Assembly: GCA_013265495.1 (NCBI GenBank)
Contig: MU058815.1
Location: forward strand, 442,523 to 506,522
Origin: Vicugna vicugna
Lineage: Eukaryota
Direction of reading: 5' to 3'
Length of the DNA: 64,000 nt
The position numbers and the translations under genes were made by a program. The notes beneath the pieces were generated by a model. That model did no database searches and was not told the DNA's origin. It saw only the letters and a list, made by a program, of their open reading frames with translations. This document shows positions 37,428 to 51,272 of this stretch, piece by piece; position 1 is the stretch's first letter; each line of letters begins with the position of its first letter.

Positions 37428-40400
37428 GAGGAAAAAAAAAATGAAATCCCCCGACTGGTACAAAACAAACCAACACAATTCCTTATTTCTGAAAGGCCTT
37501 CCCTTCACTGCTCACCAGTTCCTCGGCCACTCTGTTAGTATGATTTTAAACAGATCGCACCCTAGACATGTTTTATGACGACTGTACATGCAGGCAGAGC
37601 TGGCCCGCCCTTATTTCCAACTTGGCGAGCTTCTCGGTGAAACTAAATAAATACATGTTAGAAGAAGGAGGCTGGTACAAACCCCAGGCAGTCGCAGCCG
37701 TAATTAGTGGGCCAGAGCTTCTCTTGTTGCTTAAGGTTTTACTTCAAAACTCAAGGAGCCCACACTACCCACTAAACTCCAAACACTTCTGTTAACAGCA
37801 CTGTCGTCCAACAACACAAAACCGAAGAGCCCAACGAGTCACTGAGAAGCAATGTTTTCAAAACCAATTTTTGCCCAATTGTCCTTTCACGAAATTGCCA
37901 CTGGCCATGCCAAATCCAGACTCAGCCAGTGCCGCTTCCTCTGCAAAGCGAAGCCCCCTGGTGACTTTGCTTTGACATCTTCCATACATGGTATTCATGG
38001 AATCCACCTGGCGGTCACCACAGGATCCCCAAAGAAGGAAATATCTTAATGATAACGTTCTTTACCAGGAATGGAGTCCCAACACAGCCCATAAGGAGCT
38101 CCCCGTGGGGCACAGCAGGGTGAAGGCAAAGCTTCACAGCCCAGCCCTTCTCCAGGTGGTGATCACAGGATGCTGCGCTGGTCCAGCTCCGGGTTCCCAG
38201 GGAATGGACCAGATAAACACCAAAAGGCCCCTGACATCAACGGACTTTTTAGAGATGTTTATAAACCTTGGATGGAGACAACACTTCGTAGCCTGCTTTC
38301 TTTTCCCTGACTACAACTTGGAATTACGTGATTAGAGCTCTCCCAGGGAAAAAGACTAACAGCACACCAATTTCCTGTGCTCCATCACACTGGCCTGGGT
38401 CCTGCAGATTAGGGAGGCCAAAGCCTTTCACACCCAGGTCCCATTTCAATGATAATGATAACCTTCCACATCCTGGCCTCCCATGGAATGCATTTTAAAG
38501 GCAGGCCACTTCTCAGGCTGAAAGCTGGCTTGAGACACCCCCCTTTAGGGGATTAATCTTCCATACCTGTCAAGCGGGCTGTTCCCCTAATCCTGCACTT
38601 CCAAGCCGTGGGTCTCAGAAAAAGATTCCAAAGGACCGAGCAGTGTTAAACCCGAACTCTGCCAGGCTTCAATGTCTCAGAGACTAAATCGAAGCTAAAG
38701 AGACAAATTCGTTCATGGGGAACAAGTAATTCACTGCAAATCACATCCTAAAAGAGACATACAGACACCAATGACCGAGGTACTTTGAGCAAACAACCAA
38801 AAACCATTTTAACAGTAAAACCAGAAATGTTATTTCACATTGCCTCCTAAGTCTGCAGATCACTCTCACCAAAAGCTCCTCCTGGTAAAGGCCCATTTTT
38901 AAACCCACGTTGCTTTTTTGCACGCAAAGTATTAAGCAGATTTCTTGTGGGTTTTCTAACTGTGACTTGCTTTAATAATCAAGACGGCCTCTCGGACGAG
39001 AGCCCCTCGGTCACCCATCATCATTTTTAAGAAGACTTTAACACAGCAGCTCACACTGAATGTCACACAGGGTCAGTCATGTTCACTGTCCAGAATGGCA
39101 TGTTTTATCAAGTAGATGCGAGGGTTAAACTAGCACTTGCTCTGAACATTTTCAAATGTGTGCTGCTTTGCTTGGTACACAGTCATAATAAGAAAAACAT
39201 GTGGCCTTACTATATAGCATATAAAAAAAGACTTTTCTTTTTCCACAGTCTTCTTATTCAAGATGTTTTCATTTATTTACTTCCCAATGAATCACTATCA
39301 TTATTTATTACCACCATGACTCCAGGGATCCAGGCCAGAAATAAACATTGCACTATCAAAATCCGGGGAGGGAGGACCCGAAAACTCCCACTCCCAGCCT
39401 GTCCTACCTAGGCGGGGCACACGGTCCCACATCAGGTATTTGTCTCCTTAGAGAACAGAGCCTTCTATAAAAATGTAGAACTTACAAAACCTTTCAGAAC
39501 AACCTCTCCATATTTTTACATAGCAATTTATGTTTTGTGTATAAAATACTCTCAAATTACAGAGATTCCTCTTTACAAGCAGAAAAGATGCCAAACACTC
39601 AAATCTCCTGTAATCATAAAGTTGTGTTCATATTTTTGAATATGATCATATTCTTCGAATTTCCAGATAACCTAGCATTCCAGAAGGAAGAGAATTACAA
39701 ACAGCTCCCCTCCTCCTTCCCCGATAGAGATTACTATTAGTTTACTGGAAAAAAAGGAAATTACCTCCACACAGGGTTCAAAAATTAACGAAAATGACAC
39801 TGGATTGCTTTGTTCCTCTGAGAGTTCTTAAATTCGACGGGAAGGGAAGGCAGTGTTTAAACTACTCGGCCCAAAGTGCGAGCAAGTTTCCAGTTCTTGT
39901 TACAAGCTTGATTTAAGCAACAGACCCATCTTCCTCACATCGCCCACCTCCAACTCCTCCCGGGCAAATGCAACTAAAACCGCCCCCCTCCTCCCTTCCT
40001 CCCTTTGGTAGCGACGTTAAGAGTTGTGCAGGGCAATTAACCCCGGCGTGGCCACCACGCCAAAGCTGCGCAGCCGCACGTCGAGGCCTCAGGTTAAGCC
40101 CCCTCTCCCCCGACCCCCACAGCACAGCAAACGCAGCCCCTGACTCCAAAGGGGAGAGGCACTCTGGCGGGGGAGGGGTGCAGAAATCCACAAGGACATT
40201 GGCAGAACCCCACGGACTGACTCAGGAGGCGTGGTTTACTTACCGTTGCACCGCGCATCCTGAGCGGTTTACGCTTTAAGGGACAACGACGTAATTGCAA
40301 ACCCCCTTCCCAAAGTTAAGTAACCAGGGACGCCTGACGTAATCAACTCCTGCTTAAACCCAAACGACGCCCCCACCCCCACCCCCGACAGGAAAGGCTG

Positions 40401-40549
40401 CCCAGAATTCCTGAATTGGAGGATGGGTCCCTGGAGCGCGCAGTTAGCAGAATACCATCAGGGCTGAGCCCCCTTCCTGCGCCTAGTTCTCATCTGCCTG
40501 AAGAAATGGGGTGGGTGACACTGAGACCCACTTACGTGTAAGGGGTGCC

Positions 40550-42930
40550 TCACACATGGCTGGGACGTGAGGTCGACCCCCTCAGCCTCTGAACCTGGAG
40601 GCCCCGTCGCCCTGTGGGAAGTGCGGAATTGGGCGGGGGCGGGAAAGGAGGTGTTCGATGCGGGACGGGATTGTCCCCTGGATCCGGACCGCCTGGCACC
40701 CTAGGCTCTTGTGCGCCCCAGGGTCCGCGCGACCCTCGAGGAGAACGCCCCCCGGGGCCGGGCCCACCCCTCCTGGCCGGCCCGAAGGAGGCCAGGTCCC
40801 CAGCAGCCGAAAGGCCGCCCGGGGGACCCGGGACCCCCGACCCCCGGGCACAGGAAACGCCGCTCCGGCCACCTCCCGGCGGTGGGGGAGGGGATGAGGG
40901 GCCAACAAAAGGGAAGCCAGAGCCCCTTTCAACCAGGCGGCGGGGACCCGGAGCCCCCCTCCCTGCGCCTCGTCCCACCGCGGCGCTCGCCCCGGGGGCA
41001 CTCCCGCGCAGACCGGGGCGCCGCGGGCCGGAGCCCCGGAAGGTGACCTCGGGGAGCAGGGCCGAGGCGACGTTGTGGGAACCTCGACACGCATCTGAGA
41101 CCCCGGGGCCGGGCGGCGCTCACACTCGGGACCCCTGGAAACCCTCGGCTCGGGGCTCCCCGCGGGCGCCGGCGCCGCCCGCCCCAGCCTCTGGAAGCAC
41201 TTAGCCGCCCCGGAGCGCGCCTTGTTGAAAGCAGCCCGGGGCGGGGTGGGGGGAGGAGGCGGGCGCGGAGGGGCCCCTCCAGGCGCTCCTCGCTTGGGAG
41301 CCCCGGCGCCGGCGCGGCGGCCCGGGCAGAGCCGGGCAGGCAGGGCGGGCGCGCGAGCCGCAAGCCCCTGCCCGCGCGCGGACGGGCCCCGGGCCAGGCT
41401 GCAGGCCGTGGGGGCCGGGGCGCGGGGGCTGCCGGGGTCCGGGCGCCACCAGCCCTGTCGGCCGCGCGTCCGCCGCCCTTCCTCCCGGGCGCCTGGCGAC
41501 TTGGTCCCTTTCGAGGAACTCGTGGTCCTCCTCCTCTCCCCGCCCGGATGCGCTGCTCGGCTCCGGCCGCCGGGACGAGCGCGGGGGGCGGACCGCGGGC
41601 GAGCGGGGAGGCAGGGTCCCAGGCTCTCCCGCCCCGATGGGCAGAGCGAGGCCGGCGCCGGCGCCCCCTGCCGGAGGGACACGCCTGCGGCGGGCGGGGC
41701 GCGCGGGGAGCGGGGGGCCGGGACTGGGGACCGCGGCTCCGTCCCCGGACGTGCCTTCCGCTCCTGCCCTCGGGCCTGCTCGGCGGGGTCCTCCGCCGCA
41801 AGGGTGGAGCCTTGGGGGCGTCCGGCCGGCCCTCGAGGGGGCTGCCCTCGCCGCAGAGAGCCCGGGCCAGTTGGCACCCACCGTTAGGGGGCGGGACCCC
41901 TGGGGGCCTGGTCATAAATCTGTAACCCAGGACGACTCTGCGCCCCGCCAGCCTCCACCGGGCAAATCAAAGAGCCACCCAGTCCCAGAAACCCGCGGCG
42001 CGGGAGGAAGAGAAGCCAAACGTTCAAGGAAAGAAACAGGACGCGTCCCCGCCGCCGGCGCCCTCCCCCGGGCCCTCGTCGCCACGCTGCGCCCGGTGGG
42101 GACAACCGCGGCCCTCCCAAAAGCTCAGAAACCGCTGGGAGTGGAGCTGCGTGAAGGGGACCCCTCGGGAGCGCGATGCTATCTGAAGCCACCGCCGCTT
42201 TGGGTTTACTGTTAAAAGCAAATTGTGTAATTTTACCTATTGAAGGCAGAACACCATTTGTTCTCTGCAGAGCCCCAGAACATGCAGAAGTAATTTGCTT
42301 CACTTGTAAAAGACATTTTGAACGCAATTCAAATAGCATATTTTCTTGCTTATTCTTGGTTTTGCTTAACACATGCAAAGGTCTGGGAGTGGAAGGCCTG
42401 ATCCTCCTGTTGGTAACTTAGGAATTCTCTTTGTTTTTGCTCTCTTGGAGAAAGGATTTGGACCCTCCGGGGTCTCAGTTGTTTGTTTTGTGAGATTTAT
42501 CTTTTAACTGATTATCGAGCAGTTTGTTTGGCGTTTTTTGCTCAAGCACAATTTCCTGATAGTTGGGGTGAATTCGGGAGAGTCCTGACCGTGAGTGCCA
42601 GACGCCGGAGACCCCTGAGCTGCCCCCCCCNNNNNNNNNNNNNNNNNNNNNNNNNNNNNNNNNNNNNNNNNNNNNCCCCGCCCCGTTACCCCTGTTAAAT
42701 TTACTTAGGCCCTTCTGTCTCTGCTGAATCTCTTTGGGGGAACATCCCACACAGTTCTCATTCCTAATGCAGAGTAGAGGGACTCAGACTGTGCCTGGCC
42801 AGGGACAGCAGGGGATCCAGGAGAGAATGGGAGAAGGTGGTAAGTAAAATCATCATCCAGCTGCAGGGGCCCCGCGCACAGCTGCCCCTCGCGCCGCCGC
42901 TGGTGACGGTGTGAACCCGGGGCCACTCCC
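40550..42930. promoter_or_regulatory. Large CpG island; probable promoter/first exon of an unidentified gene (inferred minus strand, possibly bidirectional)
   Basis: Very high GC and CpG over about 1.7 kb (40.55-42.2 kb) with a CpG-rich shoulder, multiple GGGCGG boxes, no repeats; consensus GTAAGT donors on the minus strand at 40243 and 40535. Confidence 0.85.
42631..42675. other. Assembly gap (45 N) flanked by C runs
   Basis: Run of N in the sequence. Confidence 1.
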
Positions 42931-43631
42931 CCTGCCCCACCCCCGTGTTGTGTGAGGACGGCCAGGTGGGGTTTTCCTCTGTTTTCTTCCTCTGGGAGCC
43001 CTTTAAGGATGTTTTAAGAGCAAATAAGGCTTTGAGAGTTGGTCTTGAAGCACTCTCTCCAGACTCCTCCATTCTGGATTTGGTGAAAAACAGACTGGGG
43101 GTGAGGGGGGAGAGTTCCTATGAGCCTTGCCCCCCCCAAAACCAGTCAATCAGCAAAGCTTTGTCCTTTCCACGGGCCTGCACCGCTTTTTGCCTTCCAC
43201 TGCATGTGCTGGGGGTCGAGCTCCAGAACCATCCAGAGAGCAACCCTGCCACTTACTCTCGGTGTGAACTTTGGGGAAATGACCTAATCGTGCTTCAGCC
43301 CCCCTCATCAGTGTGCAATTTTCACATGACTGGGCTCCCCACAAACTTGACCCGAGAGTTTCAACAGCAACATATGTTTTGGCTGACAGTTCCTTGGGTG
43401 GGGTCAGAAATGTGGGTTATACCACACCTGATTTCTTAAAGCTTTTGAAAAATTATCTTTTCAGCATTTCTCTTTCCCTGAAATTTCTTTACCTATAACT
43501 TTGGCCTGCTGTCCCGTCGTCCCCCTCATTTCCCCTCCTTCCTCCCCATTCTACAGGTTCAGAGCAGAGGGAGAAACCCAACACATTCACATCTGTAAAT
43601 GGGAGGGGACAAAATACGCATTTTCTAAGCA

Positions 43632-43945
43632 GACACTAATGAACTCAGCTACAAAACAGAAACAGACTTTCAGACATAGTAAAGAATCTTATGGTCACCA
43701 GGGGAAAGGGGTGGAAAGGGATAAATTTGGGAGTTTGAAATTTGCAAATGTTAGCCACTATATATAAAAATAGATTTAAAAATTTTTCTTCTGTAGAGCA
43801 CAGGGAACTATATTCAATATCTTGTAATAACCTTTAATGAAAAAGAATATGAAAATGAATATATGTGTGTGTATGCATGACTGGGACATTGTGCCGTACA
43901 CCAGAAATTGACACATTGTAACTGACTAGTTCAATTTGAAAAAAT
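43632..43945 (+). mobile_element. L1 3'-end fragment
   Basis: gacactaatgaactcagctacaaaacagaaacagact...tacaccagaaattgacacattgtaactgact. Confidence 0.9.
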
Positions 43946-44179
43946 TATATTTTTTGCTATCTTTATTTTTTGGAAGATTATTCATTATACTTCTATTTTT
44001 ATTGATTATCCCTAGCAAATATACATACTTAAATTGAAGTCTGAAGTTAGTGATTATCCTGTTCTTCTAAGACTAAGAACTTTAAGTCTCCTCTAAGCTA
44101 TTCCATTTTCATCTCACACAGTATTTTATTTCTAGCTTTTGTGAAATAAATCTTTTGTCTTCTTTTTATCATTTTTATA

Positions 44180-45660
44180 ATCAGCACTTGATGGTTTTGA
44201 GTTCCATTTTTAAACCATTATACGATCAAATAGACATTATTTTACAGTGAAGTTCTACGAATTTTAACATGTGACTAGATTCCGTCATTACCACCCCAGT
44301 CAGGATGCAGAATGGCTTCATCTCCCCCAGAATCCCCCTGTGTTGCCCCTTTATAATCAGACACTTTCCTTGCCCTTAATCCCTGGAAACCAATGCTCTG
44401 GATAGTTAGCCTTTACGTCAGTTTATCCTTTGATGTAGTCTTTGGAATGAGCTTCATTTTTGTCCTTTGTATGTCTTCACGGCTCTTCTTGATTTGCGAA
44501 GACATTGTTCTCATGTTTTCCTTTATTTCTTTAGACGTGATTTCCTTTGGTGCTTTAGACATTCTTAAAACAGCTGATTTCAAGTCTTTGTCTAGAAGAC
44601 TTCAATGTCTAGGCTTCCTCGGGGCAGTTTCCATTGGCTGATGCTTTCACCCACACTTTCTTATTTCTTTGCACGCCTTATCGTTTTTGTTAAAAACTGG
44701 ACATTTCAAATGATATAAGGTGGCACCTCTGGAAGTCAGATTCTCTTCCCTGTCCAAGGCCTGTTCTTGTTGCTGCTTGTTTTTATTGTTGTCTGTTTAA
44801 TGACTATTTTGTACCAGTTCTGCCTCCATTCTGTGCTGTCTCCGCGAGGTCTCTGCTTGAGTAGCTTAGTGGTCAGGTAATGATCGGACAGAGAGTTCCT
44901 TAAACACCTGCAACCAATGAGGGTTCTCCCAGTCTTTGCCAAGGGGCTCTGTACATCTGTCGGTTCAATACTCAGCCGGGCAGCTGATAACTCTGCCTTA
45001 GCCTGAACTTCCTGCTGACGCAGAGCCCCATAGCCAACCAGAGCTGAGAGCTTCATGCCTTCTGAGGACACTCCTGAGTGTGACAGCCTTTCAGATGCCC
45101 TGAAATGTGTTTCCAAAGCCCCTATGGACGTCTCATTTTCCAGGTTTCTTTTAAAGGTTTTTGTTAGCCTATTGTTTGCCTCACTTTGTGCAGTTGTGAG
45201 TTTAGACAATTGCTTCTAAATATTTGCAGCAAACACTTCTGAGAAAAGGCTTTTCTCACTGGGGAAGCTTGAATCGGGGCAAACAAAGATAGTCTTTTAA
45301 GTGGTGTCTCCCAGGTAACCCCTAGGCAAGTAAAATAGTGACACTTCTCTGGGAACAGGGCTCTGAAGCAGTTCCTCTTCCTTCCTGCCTTTCCTGGTGG
45401 CTATCAAGCTGTAGGCTTTCCAGGCTTTGCAAAGTTGGAGAGGAGATGGGACTAGGGCAAGTTAAAGCTCCACAAAGCTTTCTGTTCTTACAAAGATTTG
45501 GGTGCTTGTCTTGCGTAAATTCTCCCTGGATTGCTACAAGGCTTTGATTAATTTCCAGGGCTCTTAGAAAGCTGGTTCCAATCATTCTGCCAGTTTTCTC
45601 ATTGCTTTTACGGAGCAGAGAATTTTCAGAAGTCCTTACCCTACCATTTTCACTGACTTT
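44180..45660 (-). mobile_element. Old L1 remnants (3' end plus L1M 5'/ORF1-region pieces)
   Basis: T-rich L1-like text, e.g. gacattgttctcatgttttcctttatttctttagacgtgatttcctt and aaagctccacaaagctttctgttcttac. Confidence 0.6.
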
Positions 45661-45684
45661 GAAATCACTTCTATGAAGATTTCA

Positions 45685-46830
45685 CCTCTACCTTGCCACA
45701 AAAACTGCTATTGACAAAGTCTTCAGTGATTTCCATAATTCTGATCACCAGGATCAACTACGAGTCCTAATCTTATTCAGCTTATAAGTAGCCCTTGACC
45801 CTCACCTTCTTGAAATGCTTTCTTTGCTTGGTTTCCCGAATATCTCATTCTTCTGATTTTCTTCTGACCATACTTTTTTCCATCTACTTTTCTGTTTCCT
45901 CTCATCTCCCTAATGTTTAAATGTTGGAATGTCTCATTTTCTTGGGAATGGTGTTCAGTCTCACATCTGTTAATACCAACTATAGACGGATGCTCCCAAA
46001 CAAGCGTCTCTTGCTGAATCCCTCCCCTGGACTCTGATGTCCTGGGCCTAGTGACATAGTTGACATTTCCACTTGAGTTTGTGAGAGGCATATCCAGCTT
46101 GAAACTGTCCAGAACACAACTGCTGACCTCTGCGCCCAGGCTTCTCCTCCCACAGTCGTTCCCACCTCAGTAAATGGCACTCAGGCCAGAGACTTTGAGG
46201 TCATCCTCGTCTCCTTGTCTTCTCCCATGTAGCACATTAAATCCATCAGCAAACATGCTGGCTCAATCGTCAGAACATATCCCTAAACCAATCAACTTAT
46301 GTGCGCTCTACCGTGGTCTGAGTCTCCATCATCTCACATCTGTCTTAGCACAGTTGCTGCCCACCTGCTCTCTCTGCTTCTGTCCTTGTGCTGCTAAGTC
46401 TGTTCTCAGCATGGCAGCCAGGATGATGCATTTAAAATCCAACTCACATCTTTCTCTCCTCTTCCAGTAAGCTTTTTCTCATCTGTAGGAAAAGCAAACA
46501 TCTTTCCAGTGGCCCGCAGGTTCCATATGATCTACCCTCTGCTCCTACGACCCACCTTGTCCCTTCCTCACTGGCTTCCTTCGCCTCTTTCAACAGGCTG
46601 GGCTCAGTGTCCTACGGCCTGGAATGCACTTTGCCAAGAGCCTACATGCCATGCTTCTTGACCTCCAGGTTCTACTCAAATGTCATCTTCTCACTGGTGC
46701 CTTCCCTGACCACTCTTTCCCTAAGGCTCACCATTCCAGTCTCCCTTAGTTGCTCTGTTTTTGATCCTTAGCGTGTATCACTATCTATAATACTATACAC
46801 TTTACTTATTATTATTGAGTTCATTCAACT
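45685..46830 (+). mobile_element. L2 (ORF2 remnant to 3' end)
   Basis: Pyrimidine-rich L2-like sequence: ccttcttgaaatgctttct...gacatttccacttgag...aaatccatcagcaaa...ctcaaatgtcatcttctc. Confidence 0.8.
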
Positions 46831-47614
46831 CCCCACAAGAGCTGATCCAGACGGGTTGGTTTGTTTGTTTTTTCCAGATTTCACATTTTCTCATCCCTAA
46901 GGCATCGTCTGGGAGCATGAGCGTAGCTTACTGCACCCTGATGAGCAGGGGGAGGGGGAGGAGTGCTCAGGCCCATGCAGAGAGCGCAGTAGCCTCAGTG
47001 TGGGGATGAACGGTGGCCTTCCCCCTTGTCCCATCTTGCCTTTCAAGTGATATGCCACCACCTTCCTTTGGCATCTGTGCCCCCAGCCACGGGACTGCCA
47101 CCTCAGGTGGACTTTTCCTCCTGAACCAGAGCTCTGACATTCCACAGACGTGCTCAAAGTTCCTTCCCTGGCGCACGCGGGAACTCCTTCTGTCCTGTTA
47201 CACAAGAATGTATGATTTATTCATCTCTTAGGAGGTGCAGATTATACAAACAATGTATTATGCCACGAATTCCAGCCCTGCTCCTGTCAGTATTTATTTG
47301 AGAGTCTGGTGCCATATCATAAAAATATGATATGAACAGTAAGAACTAAAATTTATTAGTACTAGCTGAAACAATAAGATTGAGAACTTGTTGAAATAAT
47401 AAAACGAAAAGTGTTTTTCTTTTTAAGGGGCGAAAAAAATTTAGTATTCACATGGGATGGAAACGAAATCCTTTTTAGTAAATCATGATCTAACCAATGT
47501 AGGGAAGTCATATAACAGGATGCATACCATCCTCAGAATTGATTACACTCTCAAGTTAAACATTTTCTGAATTGCCATATATAGCAATTCTCACCGCTCT
47601 GTTGTAAGTGGACT

Positions 47615-47712
47615 ACTTTACAATGAAGTAAGATTAAATAAATTATTCATGTGAAGCTCAGGGTGGTGCCTAACGTACTGTAAGCACCATCTGTGTAAGT
47701 GATTATTACTCA
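47615..47712 (+). mobile_element. MIR 3' fragment
   Basis: aagattaaataaattattcatgtgaagctcagggtggtgcctaacgtactgtaagcac. Confidence 0.6.
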
Positions 47713-48104
47713 TTATAGAACTCAAAGCTGCTTGTCACATTAGGCAGTTTTCCTTTCCACGTGAAAAAATAGTTTATAGTAATATTACCCTGTAAATCTA
47801 TCAATTTTATCCCAACAGCTATTTTAGAACTTTCTGAGGCTTCAATGAACGTGCATTGTTGAAATCATGAAGAATACATTAATGTGCAGTTGAATTGACT
47901 GATTTTGTTGCATTTTTGCCAGGGTCTGCCTTATATTTAAAACAACATAACCTCTGCTACCTTTGACCGGCTTGTCAAAACCCGGATTTGAGCAGAGGAT
48001 TTTTGTCTATTTGTCTTTGTTTGTTTTCTTGTTTTGTCAAAGTGTTTAGAATGTAGATGAAAAGAATGGATTGTGGATCAGACAATCTGGGCCCTAAGAC
48101 AGTG

Positions 48105-50075
48105 TGACAGAAAAGTGTGTGGGGTTTATAAAACATGTAGAAGTAAAGTGTATGACAGCAATAGAATAAAGAATAAATAGAATTATAGACTAGATAGGAG
48201 AATAGAAAAAATAAGAGAGAAAATGGAAGTAAGATATTATTACCATGTCCTCATAGTATATGTAAAGTGGTGTAATATCACTTGAATGGAGGTTGTGATG
48301 AATTAAAGATGTTTACTATGAACTCTAAAGCAAGCGCTAAGTAACAAAACAAAGAGTTGTTGCTCATTAGCAATAAAAGAGATAAAATAGAATCATAAAA
48401 AGCATACAGTTAATCCTAAGGAAGCCAGAAAACACAAAAGGGAATAAAGAGCAGAATGGGACACATAAAAAACCAAGAGCAGGACGATTGACTTAATGTA
48501 ATCAATTTAATAATCACATTAAGTCATAAAGTCACACCACAAGTATAAACAACTAAATACTATAGTTAAAATTCAAAGATAATCAGATTGAATAAAAAAG
48601 CAAGACACAGTTCTATGCTGCTTATGAAAATGCACTTTAAATAAAAAGACACAAAGAGGTGAAAAATAGAAGAATGGAGAAAGATATCCTATAATAACAC
48701 TAGTCAAAAAAAGGTTGGAATGGCTGTATTAATAGCCAGCAAAGTAAATTTCAGAGCAAAGAATATAACCAAGGATAAAGAAGATTATTTCATAATAATA
48801 AAAGGGTCAAGAGGACACGGTGATGCTTACATTCCTACAGTGCAAACATTTATAAACCTAATAACAGAGTTCCCAAATAATTGATGAAAACGCTGAAAAG
48901 AGAAAAAAACAAATTGGTTTTTATAGTCCGAAGTCTCAGTACCCTTCTTTCAATGATTGATAGATGATGCAGACAGAAAATCAGTAAGGGCACTGAAGGT
49001 TTGAACTACACTGTGATATTTACAGAATACTCCATGCAACCTTCAAGTGCACACACACACACACACACAAATTATGAAGACAGGCTACATTCTGTACCAT
49101 AAAACAAGTCTCTGTAACTTTAAGAAGATTCAAGCCATGCAAGGTGTGTTCTCTGACCACAATGAATTAATAAGAAATCAACAACAGAAAGGTCTTTGGG
49201 AAATTTCCCCAATATGTGGAAACTAAATAACACACTTCTAAATGGCCCATAGGATGGAGAAGAAATGAAAAAAAGAAAGTATTTTAATTAAATGCAAATG
49301 GAAACACTATGTATCAAAATTTGTGGCGATGTAGCTAAAGAAATACCACAGGGAAATCAATAGCATAGATGCACATATTAGAAAAGAGAAATGGTCTTAA
49401 ATCAGCGACCTCAACTTCTACCATAAGAAACTAGAAATCAGAGAGAAAATTAAACCAAAAGTAAATAGGAGGGAATTAATTAAAGATCAGACAGGAATTA
49501 AATGAAACAGACAACCAAAAATTAACAAAAAAAAATCTTTGAGAAGATCAGTAACATTTATGAATCTCTAGTGACACAATGTGACATCACTACAGAATAT
49601 ACAGACATTAAAAGGATAATAAAAGGGTATTTTAACAACTTTATGCCAATAATTTCAACAGCTTAGATTTATCAGGCTAATTCCTGAAAAGTCACAAATT
49701 ACCAAATTACCAAAGCCCATGCTGAAAAAAATAGATAAACTAAACAACTCTGTATCTATTAGAGAAATTGAAACTGTAGGAAAACTTCTTCCTTCAGAAA
49801 ATGCCAGACCCAGATGGCTTTACTGGTGAACTCTACAAATTGTTTAAGGAAGAAATAACAATTCAATATACAGCCTTCCATAAAATTGAAAAGGAGGACG
49901 TATTTCTGAGCATTACCCTGATCATGAAAACAATACAAAGACATTACAAAAAATGCCAAAACATAGACTAATATCTCTCAAGAACTAGGTATAAAACATT
50001 CTAAGTAATATTTTAGCAGATCAAATCCTACAGATATCACGATCAAGTGGAATTTATCCCAAGAATGTGAGTTTT
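48105..50075 (+). mobile_element. Degraded L1 ORF2 (endonuclease to start of RT)
   Basis: gattgaataaaaaagcaagacacagttctatgctgc (WIKKQDP..CC-like EN motif) and ccagacccagatggctttactggtgaactctac (PGPDGFTGEFY-like motif); many stops and frameshifts. Confidence 0.88.
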
Positions 50076-50164
50076 GCCACCCAATATCACTGGCTATTTT
50101 ATTTCCATAGTGTCCACACCATCCCATGGTCTGGTCATCTTTTCCTCAGGGTCTTTTACTTTCT

Positions 50165-50960
50165 TCCAGTTACTTATTGCAACATAACAAATTACCCCAC
50201 AACTCAGTAGCTTAAAACAACCCTTTGTTTTTAAACAGCAGTATAGAAACAACCGTTGGATTTTTTTTAACATTTTTTATTGATTTATAATCATTTTACA
50301 ATGTTGTATCAAATTCCAGTGTAGAGCACAATTTTTCAGTTATACACTGAACATACATATATTCATTGTCACATTTTTTTCTCCATGAGCTACCACAAGA
50401 TCTTGTATATATTTCCCTGTGCTGTACAGTGTAATCTTGTTTCCCTATTCTACAATTTTGAAATCTCAGTCTATCCCTTCCCACCCCCCGCCCCCTTGAC
50501 AACTGTTGGTTTTTAAACAAGCGTTTGATTTTGCTCACGCTGTTGTGGGTCATGAATTTTGGAAGCTCTCAACTGGATGGTGAGTCTCTGAGCTACGAGG
50601 GGTCAACGAGGACGCCTGGGGCTGGGCCGCTTCCTCCCAGATGGCTTCCTGGCTTCCTTACTCACCGTGTCCCCATGTTCACTGGACTTTCTTGGCCTTT
50701 CCCTCTCTTCACGTGTGTCTTCCTCTCCAGGGCGTCGTCACATAGTCTGGACGCCTCATAGCATGGTGCTCTAGTCTAGGCAGACTTCTTACACGGCAGC
50801 TCAGGGCTCCAAGAAGACTGTGTTTACAACTAGCGTAGCTTCACATCTGTCATGTTCCACTGGTCAAACGGTCACAGACCAGCCCAGATTCAGAGGGAGG
50901 GGGAAGAGACTCACTTCTATGGGAAAAGTATCAAAGAATCTGTGGCCATCTTTAACCTGC
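50165..50960 (-). mobile_element. MLT1 LTR interrupted by a minus-strand L1 3' end (about 50262-50498)
   Basis: tattgcaacataacaaattaccccacaactcagtagcttaaaacaa...cacagaccagcccagattc; L1 flanked by the TSD acaac(c/t)gttgg.ttttt. Confidence 0.8.
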
Positions 50961-51101
50961 CGTATATTTACCCCACTCCTGGTACTAATTTATGTGTTAC
51001 TTAGAGATGATTATTTTTGAAGGACCAGAAATAAACTCAAGTTTCCTTAAGCAAGCAGGAATTTGTGTGGAAGAACATCAAGGCATAAACAGGAACCTGA
51101 T

Positions 51102-51272
51102 GGGGAGGGGACAGCTCAAGTAGTAGAGCGCATGCTTAGCATGCATGAGGTCCTGGGTTCAATTCCCCAGTACCTCCATTAAAAAACAAAAAACAAACTA
51201 ATCATTAATAAATAAATAGACCTAGTGACCTCCTCCCTAAAGAAATAAAAAATTAAAATTAAAAAAAAAAAA
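51102..51272 (+). mobile_element. Vic-1-like SINE
   Basis: ggggaggggacagctcaagtagtagagcgcatgcttagcatgcatgaggtcctgggttcaa; TSD-like agga(a/g)cctga. Confidence 0.9.

Noticed and set aside
40550..42215. Long overlapping ORFs on both strands (up to 431 aa)
   Set aside because: Pro/Arg/Gly/Ala-rich in all frames, as expected from stop-codon scarcity in a CpG island; no recognisable domain.
1..42930. Assigning a gene symbol to the inferred host gene
   Set aside because: No coding exon or UTR that I recognise; needs BLAT/synteny.
48480..50075. L1 ORF2 as a functional or domesticated CDS
   Set aside because: Multiple stops, frameshifts, deletions and an internal CA repeat.
51102..51178. tRNA-Ala(AGC)-like sequences (here and at the other SINE heads)
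   Set aside because: They carry SINE tails, TSDs and stem-breaking substitutions, so they are SINEs rather than tRNA genes.
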